A stretch of 64,000 nt of DNA from Pecten maximus. Taxonomy: Eukaryota. The translations under genes were made by a program, and so were the position numbers. The notes under the pieces are model-generated. The model was given only the letters and a program-made list of their open reading frames with translations, made no database searches and was not told the DNA's origin. Location: NCBI RefSeq assembly GCF_902652985.1, contig NC_047025.1:40114001-40178000 (forward strand), given 5' to 3'. How positions within the stretch are numbered: position 1 is the stretch's first letter; the number at the start of each line of letters is the position of its first letter. Shown here one piece after another: positions 39,464-52,900 of the stretch.

Positions 39464-40326
39464 TATATGTCTCTAATATCACGCATTCCTTCGTCAACAT
39501 TAAATTTCCATATTGCCTAGTGTATTATGTACTGATAACAGATGCTCAGATAGCAGTATAAATATGGTACTTGTGTGTGTTCACACAGTATATGGAAGAT
39601 TATACATAACAGGTGCAAATTAATAGAGTTCAAAAAAGAAAGGAAAGTTCATGGGGGGGGGGGGGGGGGGGGGGGGGGAAGATATGTATGCAAAATTTTT
39701 AATTAGACATTTTGTTTTAAACCAAGCATTTCTGAACTTGTCCAAAGTTTGTATTACAACTACAAGACTACATTTATCAATTCATTATGATATTTGAAGA
39801 TCTTTTAATCTAGTCTAGAGATTTACTGATGCAAACATATTCTAGTCTAATTTTTTTGAATGATATAGACATTGGTTTTTAAAAAGTCCTGACCCTGTAT
39901 TTGAATAACAAATTTGTTTCAACACTTAGAAATCCTAGTCAGGAAAGTATTAACAGAGACATAGAGGTCTATATAGTATAAACTGCATTATAAGTCATTT
40001 GTTGGTGTCAAATATGAAAAGTGGTTGTTTTAGGAGATATCTGCTCTAGATAAACTATGAGTGTGACATGTAAAATAAAATCAGTTTGTAACCTGATAGC
40101 GAAAGATTCATTTGAGCAGTAGTCAAAATAGCATTAGACAGTTCCATTAGATTAAATGTATGTACCGGTACATCAAATGCTTTTTATATTGAACCACACA
40201 GGCCCATTGTGCCTGACGTGTCTTGGTCACTAAAACGCTTGAAACGTGGCTACATGTGGTTATTGCATGAGGATTGCATACGTTCATCATGTTATAAGGC
40301 ACTGACGTTGTTACTGAGATTAAATC

Positions 40327-43300
40327 ATGTGTAGCGTGCAGGATGGGGATACTGGTGGGCCTCTACAGAAAGAAAAAATCAGGTAACTGTTACCACTGAA
40401 ATGTCTAAGTTCTCTCTTACATGTAACGACGTCACGTCACCAGTTTTGACGGATACTTAGCCTTGCCTATTTCGAACTTCACACCACTGTGTCACCAGGC
40501 TGATTAAACAAATCTCAATGGATTGTAAGAAAAAAAATACTCAAGTTTTTCTTCTTTTTGTTACTGTCAGAGTATTAATATTTCCCAAACGTTTTAATTA
40601 AAAAAAATGTTCAGAACAGCTTATTTTTGAAAGGCAAATATATATGGCACAATATTTAATAAAAATGGCATAAGATCTGTATTTATGACAATTATATAGA
40701 GCTAAGCCTGTGTCTTGACTTTCAGTCATGGCTGATATAAAGCGTTACAATGAACAACACTTTTAGATGCCTAAACTTAATTAGTCTGGCAATATAGTGA
40801 TATGTGTATAGCTTTGGTAATATTTCCTACATCAGTACATGGGGTATTTTTTTCCAGGAGAGTAAAGCCTATATATAGCTACTGAGCAATACAGTTGTAT
40901 ATATTGATAAATACAGGGTCCTTAGCTGTTATCTTGACGAGCAGTATTACCTTGACATAAAATGTTGCGGGATATTGAAAAGTCAGTATTGAGTAATTTA
41001 ATATGAGACGAGAAGCTTTTGTTTTTATGTGAATAATACATACCATGACACAGAACATCATGGCAATCACTGAAAAAGATGCCATAAAAATGCTCGCAAT
41101 ATTCTTTGCAGTTTTACGTCATGTCAGTAATATGTTCGTCACGATGATACCCTGTATATAGACATGTATAGCATAAAACTCCTGTGGATAGTCAGACCAC
41201 AAGTATACAAAGGTTAATGTTATATGTATTGTTCATTTGAATGTGTGTTAAACTTACATTTCAGTCCAGGAAGAAAATGCATGAAGTGTCGCACGGAAAA
41301 TGCTATCTTGATCACCAGAGTGAATGATGCCTTTTGCAAGTAAGAAGCTATACCACTACCAGAGACCTATTATATACTATAGGTCTCTGGCTATACTAAT
41401 GTGTACAGTGACAATCCTTGGAAATTTGTTAAAACCCGACCTTAACTAAATATAGTAATACGGTCACTTCCTAGCTTCGTAATACAAATGTAGTGGGAAT
41501 TTCCCTTTTAATAGCTCAGTTGGTAGAGCAGCGGACCAGTAAGCCCAGGGTCTTGGGTTCAATCCCTGTTAGAAGCACACTACTCACTTTCCTGTAACAT
41601 TTGGTGTGGTTGACCACTCCAGCGGCAAGTAATAGGAGAATGAGAGGCTTCATTGGAGATAGAACCTGGGTTGATGTGTGTGCAAACACATCTGAAAAGG
41701 GGGAGGGGTTTGGTTTGGTTTGTTTTTGTTTAACGTCCTATAAACAGCCAGGGTCATTTAAGGACGTGCCAGGTTTTGGAGGTGGAGGAAAGCCGGAGTA
41801 CCCGGAAAAAAACCATCGGCCTACGGTCAGTACCTGGCAACTGCACCTGCACCATGTAGGTTTCGAACTCGCAACCCAGAGGTGGGGGGGGGGGGGGGGT
41901 AGTTTGGCAGGTTTTAATTGTAAATAGTGTACATAATACGATAAGTGTATCGATCACAACAGTAGTCGAAGTGGCCTACATAAGGCGAAACTGGTCGATG
42001 AAATAATAAAAGTTTGGAAAGTTAACACTTCGACTGCTGTGGTGATCGATACACTTATCGTATTTCTCCTATTGCTTGATCGCCCAGCATACCATTGGGT
42101 ATCCAGTGGAGAAGTGGAGGACCCTCTACCCACCCAACCAAACGCACAGTGTTGGCTCTATTACCTGCATCCTAGTGTACATAATGATACAATCACCTAG
42201 CTTTGTGCTAGGGGGAATTAGATCAGACAGTAAAGGTGGACCAGTATAAGACCCAGGACAGCAGTATCAATCCCCAGTGGAGGTGCACTACTCATTTTTC
42301 TGTTACACCAGTATTGATTAAAAGTCACAAGATGTGTTTTAGCCTGGGTAATCATTGAGATTTGAAGCAAAAAGATTGATATCAATCATATTCAAAAATA
42401 TTTTATGACATTGTAGTTTTGTCAGCAGTCAAAAAATGAACTAGAATTAAAAAAAAAAATTAAACAAATAAATGCTGATAATGGATCTGTATTTTGTAAA
42501 TGCAGTGTTTTTTTCAGGTAATTTTTTCAACAGCCTATGCCTTTTCAATTGGAAAATAATTGCGGTATTTGGTGAATTTGGGAAAATAGCAAATAATGAC
42601 AAAATACTTAAATAAGTCAAAACACTTCATTTATTGGCTTTTCTAGTCTGCCTCATGATATGAAGAGTCAGTAGCAAGCATCCTGGGTTATTACTTAGAC
42701 TACAAAACAAAGGAAGTTTTCTTGTTTTCATCATGGTGTTTGTCTACGGACTCTCTGAAATGCTTGCCTGCATGTACTTTGTGGAAAGCGCAACAGTGAT
42801 CAGGATTCGAGTTATCTCCCTTATACCATTTATACGACTACCAGGTAATTGAGGCCAACTTGCCTATCGCAGAAGTAAATTTGTCAGTCTACTCAGTAGA
42901 CTGACAAATTTACTTCCACGATAGGCAAGTTCTAGGAATGAAACACAATATAGATAACAGATACCCAGATAGAAATTCAATACATTTTTTTTTTTTTAAA
43001 TTGGGAAAAATAATGTTTCAAAATTGGGAAAATACAACTTTTTTTGGCAAGGGGAAACAGCCTAAAGTCGGCTGTAGATCTGGCCAAAAAAAATCACTGA
43101 AATATAAAGCAATCCAAAATTATGACTCTTGATTATTATGATTTATGGTATGCTTAATTCATGTGCATCAGTTTTATAGAAACACAAAGAAAAAGTAATA
43201 CATAATATTAATTATCTCCAAAAAATATATGATGTGCCTGTAATAGAATACTCAACACATGTGGGAAAGTGTAATGTGATCTGTTTACAGGGCTTGCTTT

Positions 43301-46300
43301 ATGGTATATGTAACACACAAGTTCCGAGCCACCATTGGAAAGTCTAAGCTGGTCCGTGATGGAGAAAAGGTCTTGGTTGCTTACTCTGGAGGTCCATCAT
43401 CGAGTTGTCTACTTCATCTCATTACAGAGGTACATACATTTTTAAAATGATGTGAAAAAGGAGAAATTTTCTTCCTATGTAAAATTTTGCAATTGCAATA
43501 ATTTTTCGGAGGCTGTACTCACATTTAGATAATGAAGTGGAAACAAATATTAACTGGTAATTAGTATTGTTTCTTATTGATGAAGTGAGATTCAATATTG
43601 CGAGATATTTCGTGATTATTTCACCTGATTTTGTCTTTCACAGGGATTGAGTCAAAGGGCACACAAGAAACTACGCTTCATACCCGGGATTATCTTCATA
43701 GACGGTACATTTCATGGGAGAGTTCATGATTATTATTATCTTTATATATGGTACTTTCCATGGGGGGTTCATATGATGATCTATAATAACATATTCATAT
43801 TAGAAAATAGCAAAGAAATATGAATGCATTCTTTGTAAATTTATTTGCTTGAAACTGAAATATCAACAAACTTGTGTCAACGATTCGTTGTGTAGTTTCA
43901 GTTTATTGAAACTGTAACAGAAGTATGAAGATTATACTGAGATGTTGTGTGTACGGTTTAAAACAGTAGCAAGATTATTATGTTATGAAATGACTAAGCT
44001 GTGTATATGTGTACTGTTTATGTAGAGAGTGCAGTGTTGGTTAACCTGGAAGTGGACGGCGTGGCTGAGAAGGACAGGATATCTGAATTAATGGCCAGTA
44101 TGGGCTACCCTTATCAGACCCGACGTTTGGAGGAGGTGAGAGGCCCACCTACACTTATAGAAACCCATAAAACATTCTCATTGAGCTGTAGATGGACTTG
44201 TGTATGTAGGGTGCCGTGATGATGATGATGGTGTTGATGGACTTGTGTATGTAGGGTACCGTGATGATGATGATGTAGATGGACTTGTGTATGTAGGGTA
44301 CTGTGATGATGATGATGATGATGTAGATGGACTTGTGTATGTAGGGTGTCGTGATGATGATGATGATGTAGATGGACTTGTGTATGTAGGGTACCGTGGT
44401 GATGATGATGATGTAGATGGACTTGTGTATGTAGGGTACCGTGATGATGATGATGATGATGTAGATGGACTTGTGTATGTAGGGTACCGTGATGATGATG
44501 TAGATGGACTTGTGTATGTAGGGTACCGTGATGATGATGATGATGATGTAGATGGACTTGTGTATGTAGGGTACCGTGATGATGATGATGTAGATGGACT
44601 TGTGTATGTAGGGTGCCGTGATGATGATGATGATGGTGTAGATGGACTTGTGTATGTAGGGTGTCGTGATGATGATGATGATGTAGATGGACTTGTGTAT
44701 GTAGGGTACCGTGATGATGATGGTGTTGATGGACTTGTGTATGTAGGGTGTCATGATGATGATGATGATGTAGATGGACTTGTGTATGTAGGGTGTCGTG
44801 ATGATGATGATGATGATGATGATGTAGATGGACTTGTGTATGTAGGGTGTCGTGATGATGATGATGATGATGATGATGTAGATGGACTTGTGTATGTAGG
44901 GTGTCGTGATGATGATGATGATGTAGATGGACTTGTGTATGTAGGGTACCGTGGTGATGATGATGATGTAGATGGACTTGTGTATGTAGGGTACCGTGAT
45001 GATGATGATGATGGTGTTGATGGACTTGTGTATGTAGGGTACCGTGATGATGATGATGATGGTGTTGATGGACTTGTGTATGTAGGGTGTCGTGATGATG
45101 ATGATGATGTTGATGGACTTGTGTATGTAGGGTACTGTGATGATGATGATGATGATGTAGATGGACTTGTGTATGTAGGGTGTCGTGAGGATGATGATGG
45201 TGTTGATGGACTTGTGTATGTATGGTGTCGTGATGATGATGATGATGTAGATGGACTTGTGTATGTAGGGTGCCGTGATGATGATGATGGTGTTGATGGA
45301 CTTGTGTATGTAGGGTACCGTGATGATGATGATGATGTAGATGGACTTGTGTATGTAGGGTGTCGTGATGATGATGATGATGTAGATGGACTTGTGTATG
45401 TAGGGTGTCGTGATGATGATGATGATGTAAATGGACTTGTGTATGTAGGGTGCCCTGATGATGATGATGATGTTGTTGATGGACTTGTGTATGTAGGGTA
45501 CCGTGATGATGATGATGATGGTGTTGATGGACTTGTGTATGTAGGGTGTCGTGATGATGATGATGATGATGATGATGTAGATGGACTTGTGTATGTAGGG
45601 TGTCTTGATGATGATGATGATGATGTAGATGGACTTGTGTATGTAGGGTGCCGTGATGATGGTGTTGATGGACTTGTGTATGTAGGGTGCCGTGTTGATG
45701 GACTTGTGTTTGTAGGGTGTCGTGATGATGATGATGATGATGTAGATGGACTTGTGTATGTAGGGTGTCGTGATGATGATGATGATGATGTAGATGGACT
45801 TGTGTATGTAGGGTGTCGTGATGATGATGATGGTGTTGATGGACTTGTGTATGTATGGTGTCGTGATGATGATGATGATGTAGATGGACTTGTGTATGTA
45901 GGGTGTCGTGATGATGATGATGATGTAAATGGACTTGTGTATGTAGGGTGCCCTGATGATGATGATGATGATGTAGATGGACTTGTGTATGTAGGGTACC
46001 GTGATGATGGTGTTGATGGACTTGTGTATGTAGGGTGCCGTGTTGATGGACTTGTGTTTGTAGGGTGTCGTGATGATGATGATGATGATGTAGATGGACT
46101 TGTGTATGTAGGGTACCGTGATGATGATGATGATGTAGATGGACTTGTGTATGTAGGGTACCGTGATGATGATGATGATGTAGATGGACTTGTGTATGTA
46201 GGGTGCCGTGATGATGATGATGATGATGATGTAGATGGACTTGTGTATGTAGGGTACCGTGATGATGATGATTGTGGTGATGGACTTGTGTATGTAGGGT

Positions 46301-46886
46301 GCCGTGATGATGATGATGATGATGATGATGATGGTGGTGATGGACTTGTGTATGTAGGGTGCCGTGATGATGATGATGATGATGATGTAGATGGACTTGT
46401 GTATGTAGGGTGCCGTGATGATGATGATGATGATGATGTAGATGGACTTGTGTATGTAGGGTACCGTGATGATGATGATGTAGATGGACTTGTGTATGTA
46501 GGGTACCGTGATGATGATGATGATGGTGTTGATGGACTTGTGTATGTAGGGTACCGTGATGATGATGATGATGGTGTTGATGGACTTGTGTATGTAGGGT
46601 ACCGTGATGATGATGATGATGTAGATGGACTTGTGTATGTAGGGTGTCGTGATGATGATGATGATGTAGATGGACTTGTGTATGTAGGGTGTCGTGATGA
46701 TGATGATGATGTAGATGGACTTGTGTATGTAGGGTGCCGTGATGATGATGATGATGATGTAGATGGACTTGTGTATGTAGGGTGCCGTGATGATGATGAT
46801 GATGGTGTTGATGGACTTGTGTATGTAGGGTGTCGTGATGATGATGATGATGATGATGTAGATGGACTTGTGTATGTAGGGTGTCG

Positions 46887-46921
<35 letters not shown>

Positions 46922-49900
46922 TAGATGGACTTGTGTATGTAGGGTACCGTGATGATGATGATGATGGTGTAGATGGACTTGTGTATGTAGGGTGTCGTGA
47001 TGATGATGATGATGGTGTAGATGGACTTGTGTATGTAGGGTGTCGTGATGATGATGATGGTGTTGATGGACTTGTGTATGTAGGGTGTCGTGATGATGAT
47101 GATGGTGTTGATGGACTTGTGTATGTAGGGTACCGTGATGATGATGATGATGTAGATGGACTTGTGTATGTAGGGTACCGTGATGATGATGATGATGTAG
47201 ATAGACTTGTGTATGTAGGGTACCGTGATGATGATGATGTAGATGGACTTGTGTATGTAGGGTACCGTGATGATGATGATGATGTAGATGGACTTGTGTA
47301 TGTAGGGTACCGTGATGATGATGATGATGATGTAGATGGACTTGTGTATGTAGGGTACCGTGATGATGATGATGATGGTGTAGATGGACTTGTGTATGTA
47401 GGGTACCGTGATGATGATGATGGTGTAGATGGACCTGTGTATGTAGGGTACCGTGATGATGATGATGATGGTGTAGATGGACTTGTGTATGTAGGGTGCC
47501 GTGATGATGATGATGATGATGGTGTAGATGGACTTGTGTATGTAGGGTACCGTGATGATGATGATGATGATGGTGTAGATGGACTTGTGTATGTAGGGTA
47601 CCGTGATGATGATGATGATGATGTAGATGGACTTGTGTATGTAGGGTACCGTGATGATGATGTAGATGGACTTGTGTATGTAGGGTACCGTGATGATGAT
47701 GATGATGATGTAGATGGACTTGTGTATGTAGGGTACCGTGATGATGATGATGATGATGTAGATGGACTTGTGTATGTAGGAGGCCGTGATGATGATGGTG
47801 GTGTAGATGGACTTGTGTATGTAGGGTACCGTGATGATTATGATGATGATGTAGATGGACTTGTGTATGTAGGGTACCGTGATGATGATGATGGTGTAGA
47901 TGGACTTGTGTATGTAGGGTACCGTGATGATTATGATGATGATGTAGATGGACTTGTGTATGTAGGGTACCGTGATGATGATGATGATGTAGATGGACTT
48001 GTGTATGTAGGGTACCGTGATGATGATGATGATGATGTAGATGGACTTGTGTATGTAGGGTACCGTGATGATGATGATGATGATGGTGTAGATGGACTTG
48101 TGTATGTAGGGTACCGTGATGATGATGATGATGTAGATGGACTTGTGTATGTAGGGTACCGTGATGATGATGATGGTGGTGATGGACTTGTGTATGTAGG
48201 GTGCCGTGATGATGATGATGATGATGTAGATGGACTTGTGTATGTAGGGTGTCGTGATGATGATGATGGTGTTGATGGACTTGTGTATGTAGGGTGCCGT
48301 GATGATGATGATGGTGTTGATGGACTTGTGTATGTAGGGTGCCGTGATGATGATGATGATGATGTAGATGGACTTGTGTATGTAGGGTACCGTGATGATG
48401 ATGATGATGATGATGGACTTGTGTATGTAGGGTGTCGTGATGATGATGATGATGATGATGTAGATGGACTTGTGTATGTAGGGTACCGTGATGATGATGA
48501 TGATGTAGATAGACTTGTGTATGTAGGGTACCGTGATGATGATGATGATGGTGTAGATGGACTTGTGTATGTAGGGTGTCGTGATGATGATGATGATGGT
48601 GTAGATGGACTTGTGTATGTAGGGTGTCGTGATGATGATGATGGTGTTGATGGACTTGTGTATGTAGGGTGTCGTGATGATGATGATGGTGTTGATGGAC
48701 TTGTGTATGTAGGGTACCGTGATGATGATGATGATGTAGATGGACTTGTGTATGTAGGGTACCGTGATGATGATGATGATGTAGATAGACTTGTGTATGT
48801 AGGGTACCGTGATGATGATGATGTAGATGGACTTGTGTATGTAGGGTACCGTGATGATGATGATGATGTAGATGGACTTGTGTATGTAGGGTACCGTGAT
48901 GATGATGATGATGATGTAGATGGACTTGTGTATGTAGGGTACCGTGATGATGATGATGATGGTGTAGATGGACTTGTGTATGTAGGGTACCGTGATGATG
49001 ATGATGGTGTAGATGGACCTGTGTATGTAGGGTACCGTGATGATGAAGATGATGGTGTAGATGGACTTGTGTATGTAGGGTACCGTGATGATGATGATGA
49101 TGATGGTGTAGATGGACTTGTGTATGTAGGGTACCGTGATGATGATGATGATGATGTAGATGGACTTGTGTATGTAGGGTACCGTGATGATGATGATGAT
49201 GTAGATAGACTTGTGTATGTAGGGTACCGTGATGATGATGATGATGTAGATGGACTTGTGTATGTAGGGTACCGTGATGATGATGTAGATGGACTTGTGT
49301 ATGTAGGGTACCGTGATGATGATGATGATGATGTAGATGGACTTGTGTATGTAGGGTACCGTGATGATGATGATGATGATGTAGATGGACTTGTGTATGT
49401 AGGAGGCCGTGATGATGATGGTGGTGTAAATGGACTTGTGTATGTAGGGTACCGTGATGATTATGATGATGATGTAGATGGACTTGTGTATGTAGGGTAC
49501 CGTGATGATGATGATGGTGTAGATGGACTTGTGTATGTAGGGTACCGTGATGATTATGATGATGATGTAGATGGACTTGTGTATGTAGGGTACCGTGATG
49601 ATGATGATGATGTAGATGGACTTGTGTATGTAGGGTACCGTGATGATGATGATGATGATGGTGTAGATGGACTTGTGTATGTAGGGTACCGTGATGATGA
49701 TGATGATGTAGATGGACTTGTGTATGTAGGGTACCGTGATGATGATGATGGTGGTGATGGACTTGTGTATGTAGGGTGCCGTGATGATGATGATGATGAT
49801 GTAGATGGACTTGTGTATGTAGGGTGTCGTGATGATGATGATGGTGTTGATGGACTTGTGTATGTAGGGTGCCGTGATGATGATGATGGTGTTGATGGAC

Positions 49901-52900
49901 TTGTGTATGTAGGGTGCCGTGATGATGATGATGATGATGTAGATGGACTTGTGTATGTAGGGTACCGTGATGATGATGATGATGATGATGGACTTGTGTA
50001 TGTAGGGTGTCGTGATGATGATGATGATGATGATGTAGATGGACTTGTGTATGTAGGGTACCGTGATGATGATGATGATGTAGATAGACTTGTGTATGTA
50101 GGGTACCGTGATGATGATGATGTAGATGGACTTGTGTATGTAGGGTACCGTGATGATGATGATGATGTAGATGGACTTGTGTATGTAGGGTACCGTGATG
50201 ATGATGATGATGATGTAGATGGACTTGTGTATGTAGGGTGTCGTGATGATGATGATGATGATGTAGATGGACTTGTGTATGTAGGGTGTCGTGATGATGA
50301 TGATGATGGTGTAGATGGACTTGTGTATGTAGGGTACCGTGATGATGATGATGATGGTGTAGATGGACTTGTGTATGTAGGGTACCGTGATGATGATGAT
50401 GGTGTAGATGGACCTGTGTATGTAGGGTACCGTGATGATGATGATGATGATGTAGATGGACTTGTGTATGTAGGGTACCGTGATGATGATGATGATGGTG
50501 TAGATGGACTTGTGTATGTAGGGTACCGTGATGATGATGATGATGGTGTAGATGGACTTGTGTATGTAGGGTACCGTGATGATGATGATGATGATGATGT
50601 AGATAGACTTGTGTATGTAGGGTACCGTGATGATGATGATGGTGTAGATGGACTTGTGTATGTAGGAGGCCGTGATGATGATGATGATGTAGATGGACTT
50701 GTGTATGTAGGGTACCGTGATGATGATGATGATGATGTAGATGGACTTGTGTATGTAGGGTACCGTGATGATGATGATGATGATGGTGTAGATGGACTTG
50801 TGTATGTAGGGTGGCGTGATGATGATGTAGATGGACTTGTGTATGTAGGGTGCCGTGATGATGATGATGATGTAGATGGACTTGTGTATGTAGGGTGCCG
50901 TGATGATGATGATGATGTAGATGGACTTGTGTATGTAGGGTACCGTGATGATGATGATGATGATGTAGATGGACTTGTGTATGTAGGGTGCCGTGATGAT
51001 GATGATGTAGATGGACTTGTGTATGTAGGGTGCCGTGATGATGATGATGATGATGAGAGATTCACATGATTAGTTGATTATCTCCCTTCCCTCACAAGTC
51101 TGCTGTATTGACAAACATGCAGGACCATGCTCTACCTAAAACATCTTATAGTCAAGTGATCAAACATAACTGTACATGGTTATTCTTTTATTCATTCATT
51201 CATTCATTCATTTTGATTTTAGAGGTCCAGATTACATTACTTATAGTGTTTGAAACACTTTGAAACACAATAGTTACCTATCAAAGGCTGTTGTGTGTAC
51301 TGTCCATATTTATTGTGAATGGGTATGGTAACAGATAAGTAATTTATTTACTTGTTTAAAGATATCACATACATGTAATTCACACAAATGTTTATTTCTT
51401 TTTGATACTTGATGTCTTAAATACTTGTGCCACTTCCTTACCTGAGGGTAGCTGCCATTTTGATATTTGTAACTTCTCTACAGTAGTTCAGGTTTCCCAT
51501 AAGAAAGTATTGTTTGAGGTTAGGGAAACATCAGTTCTCCTGATGGGAAACTATAATTACAAGTTTGTGATTCAGTAGATTTCCCATTGGAAAGTGTTGT
51601 TAAGGTTGGGAAAACATCACTTCTTCCTTATGACCTTAATTAAAAAAGATTTGTGATTTAGTGACCAGTAACTGTTTGTTGTCTAGGCCATATGTCTTGA
51701 CCAAGGACAACACTTACCTGAAGCTGACCTGTCCAGTCTGGCAGAATCTGACCAGGCTTGTGTCCAAAGTACTGACCTTGCCAAGCAGAATGACAACCTT
51801 GACAGGGCAAGAATTGAGATTAAGTCTTTGTTTTCCTCCATCAAATCTCTCACAGCCAGAGAGGACATGCTCAACAGATTAAGGTATTGTGTAATTGAAA
51901 GTTTTATTCTAAATTTGCTGGAAGTTTCAGTCTTTATCGCATGCTTAACTCACTTTGTGCAACTCTTGTTAATATTTGGTTGTAAACTGTTTAATGAAAT
52001 ACACCAATACCTGACAATCCTTAAGACTAATTTACTAATTATCTTGTATGTAGACAGAGGCTACTGATGGAAGTTGCTCAAGTTCAAGGTTACTCCAAGG
52101 TTATGACCGGTCACTGTGGGACGCGGCTGGCTGTCAATCTCCTTTCAGACATATCGCAGGGAAGGGGTGCTCATGTCGCTATGGATACAGTGAGTTTATA
52201 TTCAATATGATGATGGAATTAATTTCAATTCTTTTTAACAATTTGTTTTTGATCACTTTTATCTGTTGTGTTTCTAACTTCCCTGTTTACCAAACCTATT
52301 AAAAGCACCTGCTGCTATCGCCATTTTTTGAGGAATTAGCTCCAATAAGGATATCCAACTATAAAAACGTATTTATTTTTAGGAAGAGGGGTGTCAAATT
52401 TGGTTTTGGCTTACACTGAACTAAAAATTTTATTATTTTTAGGCATTTTCTGACACCAGGTATCCCAATATCATGCTTGTGCGACCTATCAGGTAAGTAA
52501 GTCAATAATTCTTCATTAACACAATGGTCTTATTTACAATAGGGGGTGTAGATAGCTCTGTTTTTGAGTGCTGATCATACACATATACTAGTGAGTACAA
52601 TCAAGTCTAAACCGCAGATTACTCGCGATTCCAAGGATTTCCGATTTATCCATAGTGAGGATAAAAATAGGAAAGACATGAGACAGAGTAAATTGTTACC
52701 CATATGTTACTCTCAACATTAGGACACAATGTAGGTGACTATAAGTATGATATACATACTGTACTTATTGTATGTTTAGTTCTGTATATTTAACAATACA
52801 ATCTTTTTCAAATTATATTTGACAGGGATTTTAGTTCTAAGGAAGTGGCAATGTACAATTCTTTACATGGTGTAGAATCTGTGTTCCTACCAACACTCAC

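Noticed and set aside
41510-41575. Functional tRNA gene (also ~61200 and ~28330)
   Set aside because: A and B boxes are present, but I could not build a clean cloverleaf with a paired acceptor stem, and the sequences are embedded in a repeat family.
44187-51055. CRISPR-like array (constant core plus variable spacer)
   Set aside because: The spacers are just (GAT)n, there are no cas genes, and the context is eukaryotic.
49554-51065. Ser/Thr/Pro-rich reverse ORF resembling the Pol II CTD or a mucin
   Set aside because: Antisense translation of the same satellite; not the YSPTSPS heptad.
44200-51069. 2289-aa Asp-rich ORF as a bona fide gene (aspein-like)
   Set aside because: It lies in CTU2 intron 5, has no signal peptide or unique sequence, and the open frame follows from triplet-based repeat structure. 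Kept only as a hypothesis in findings.
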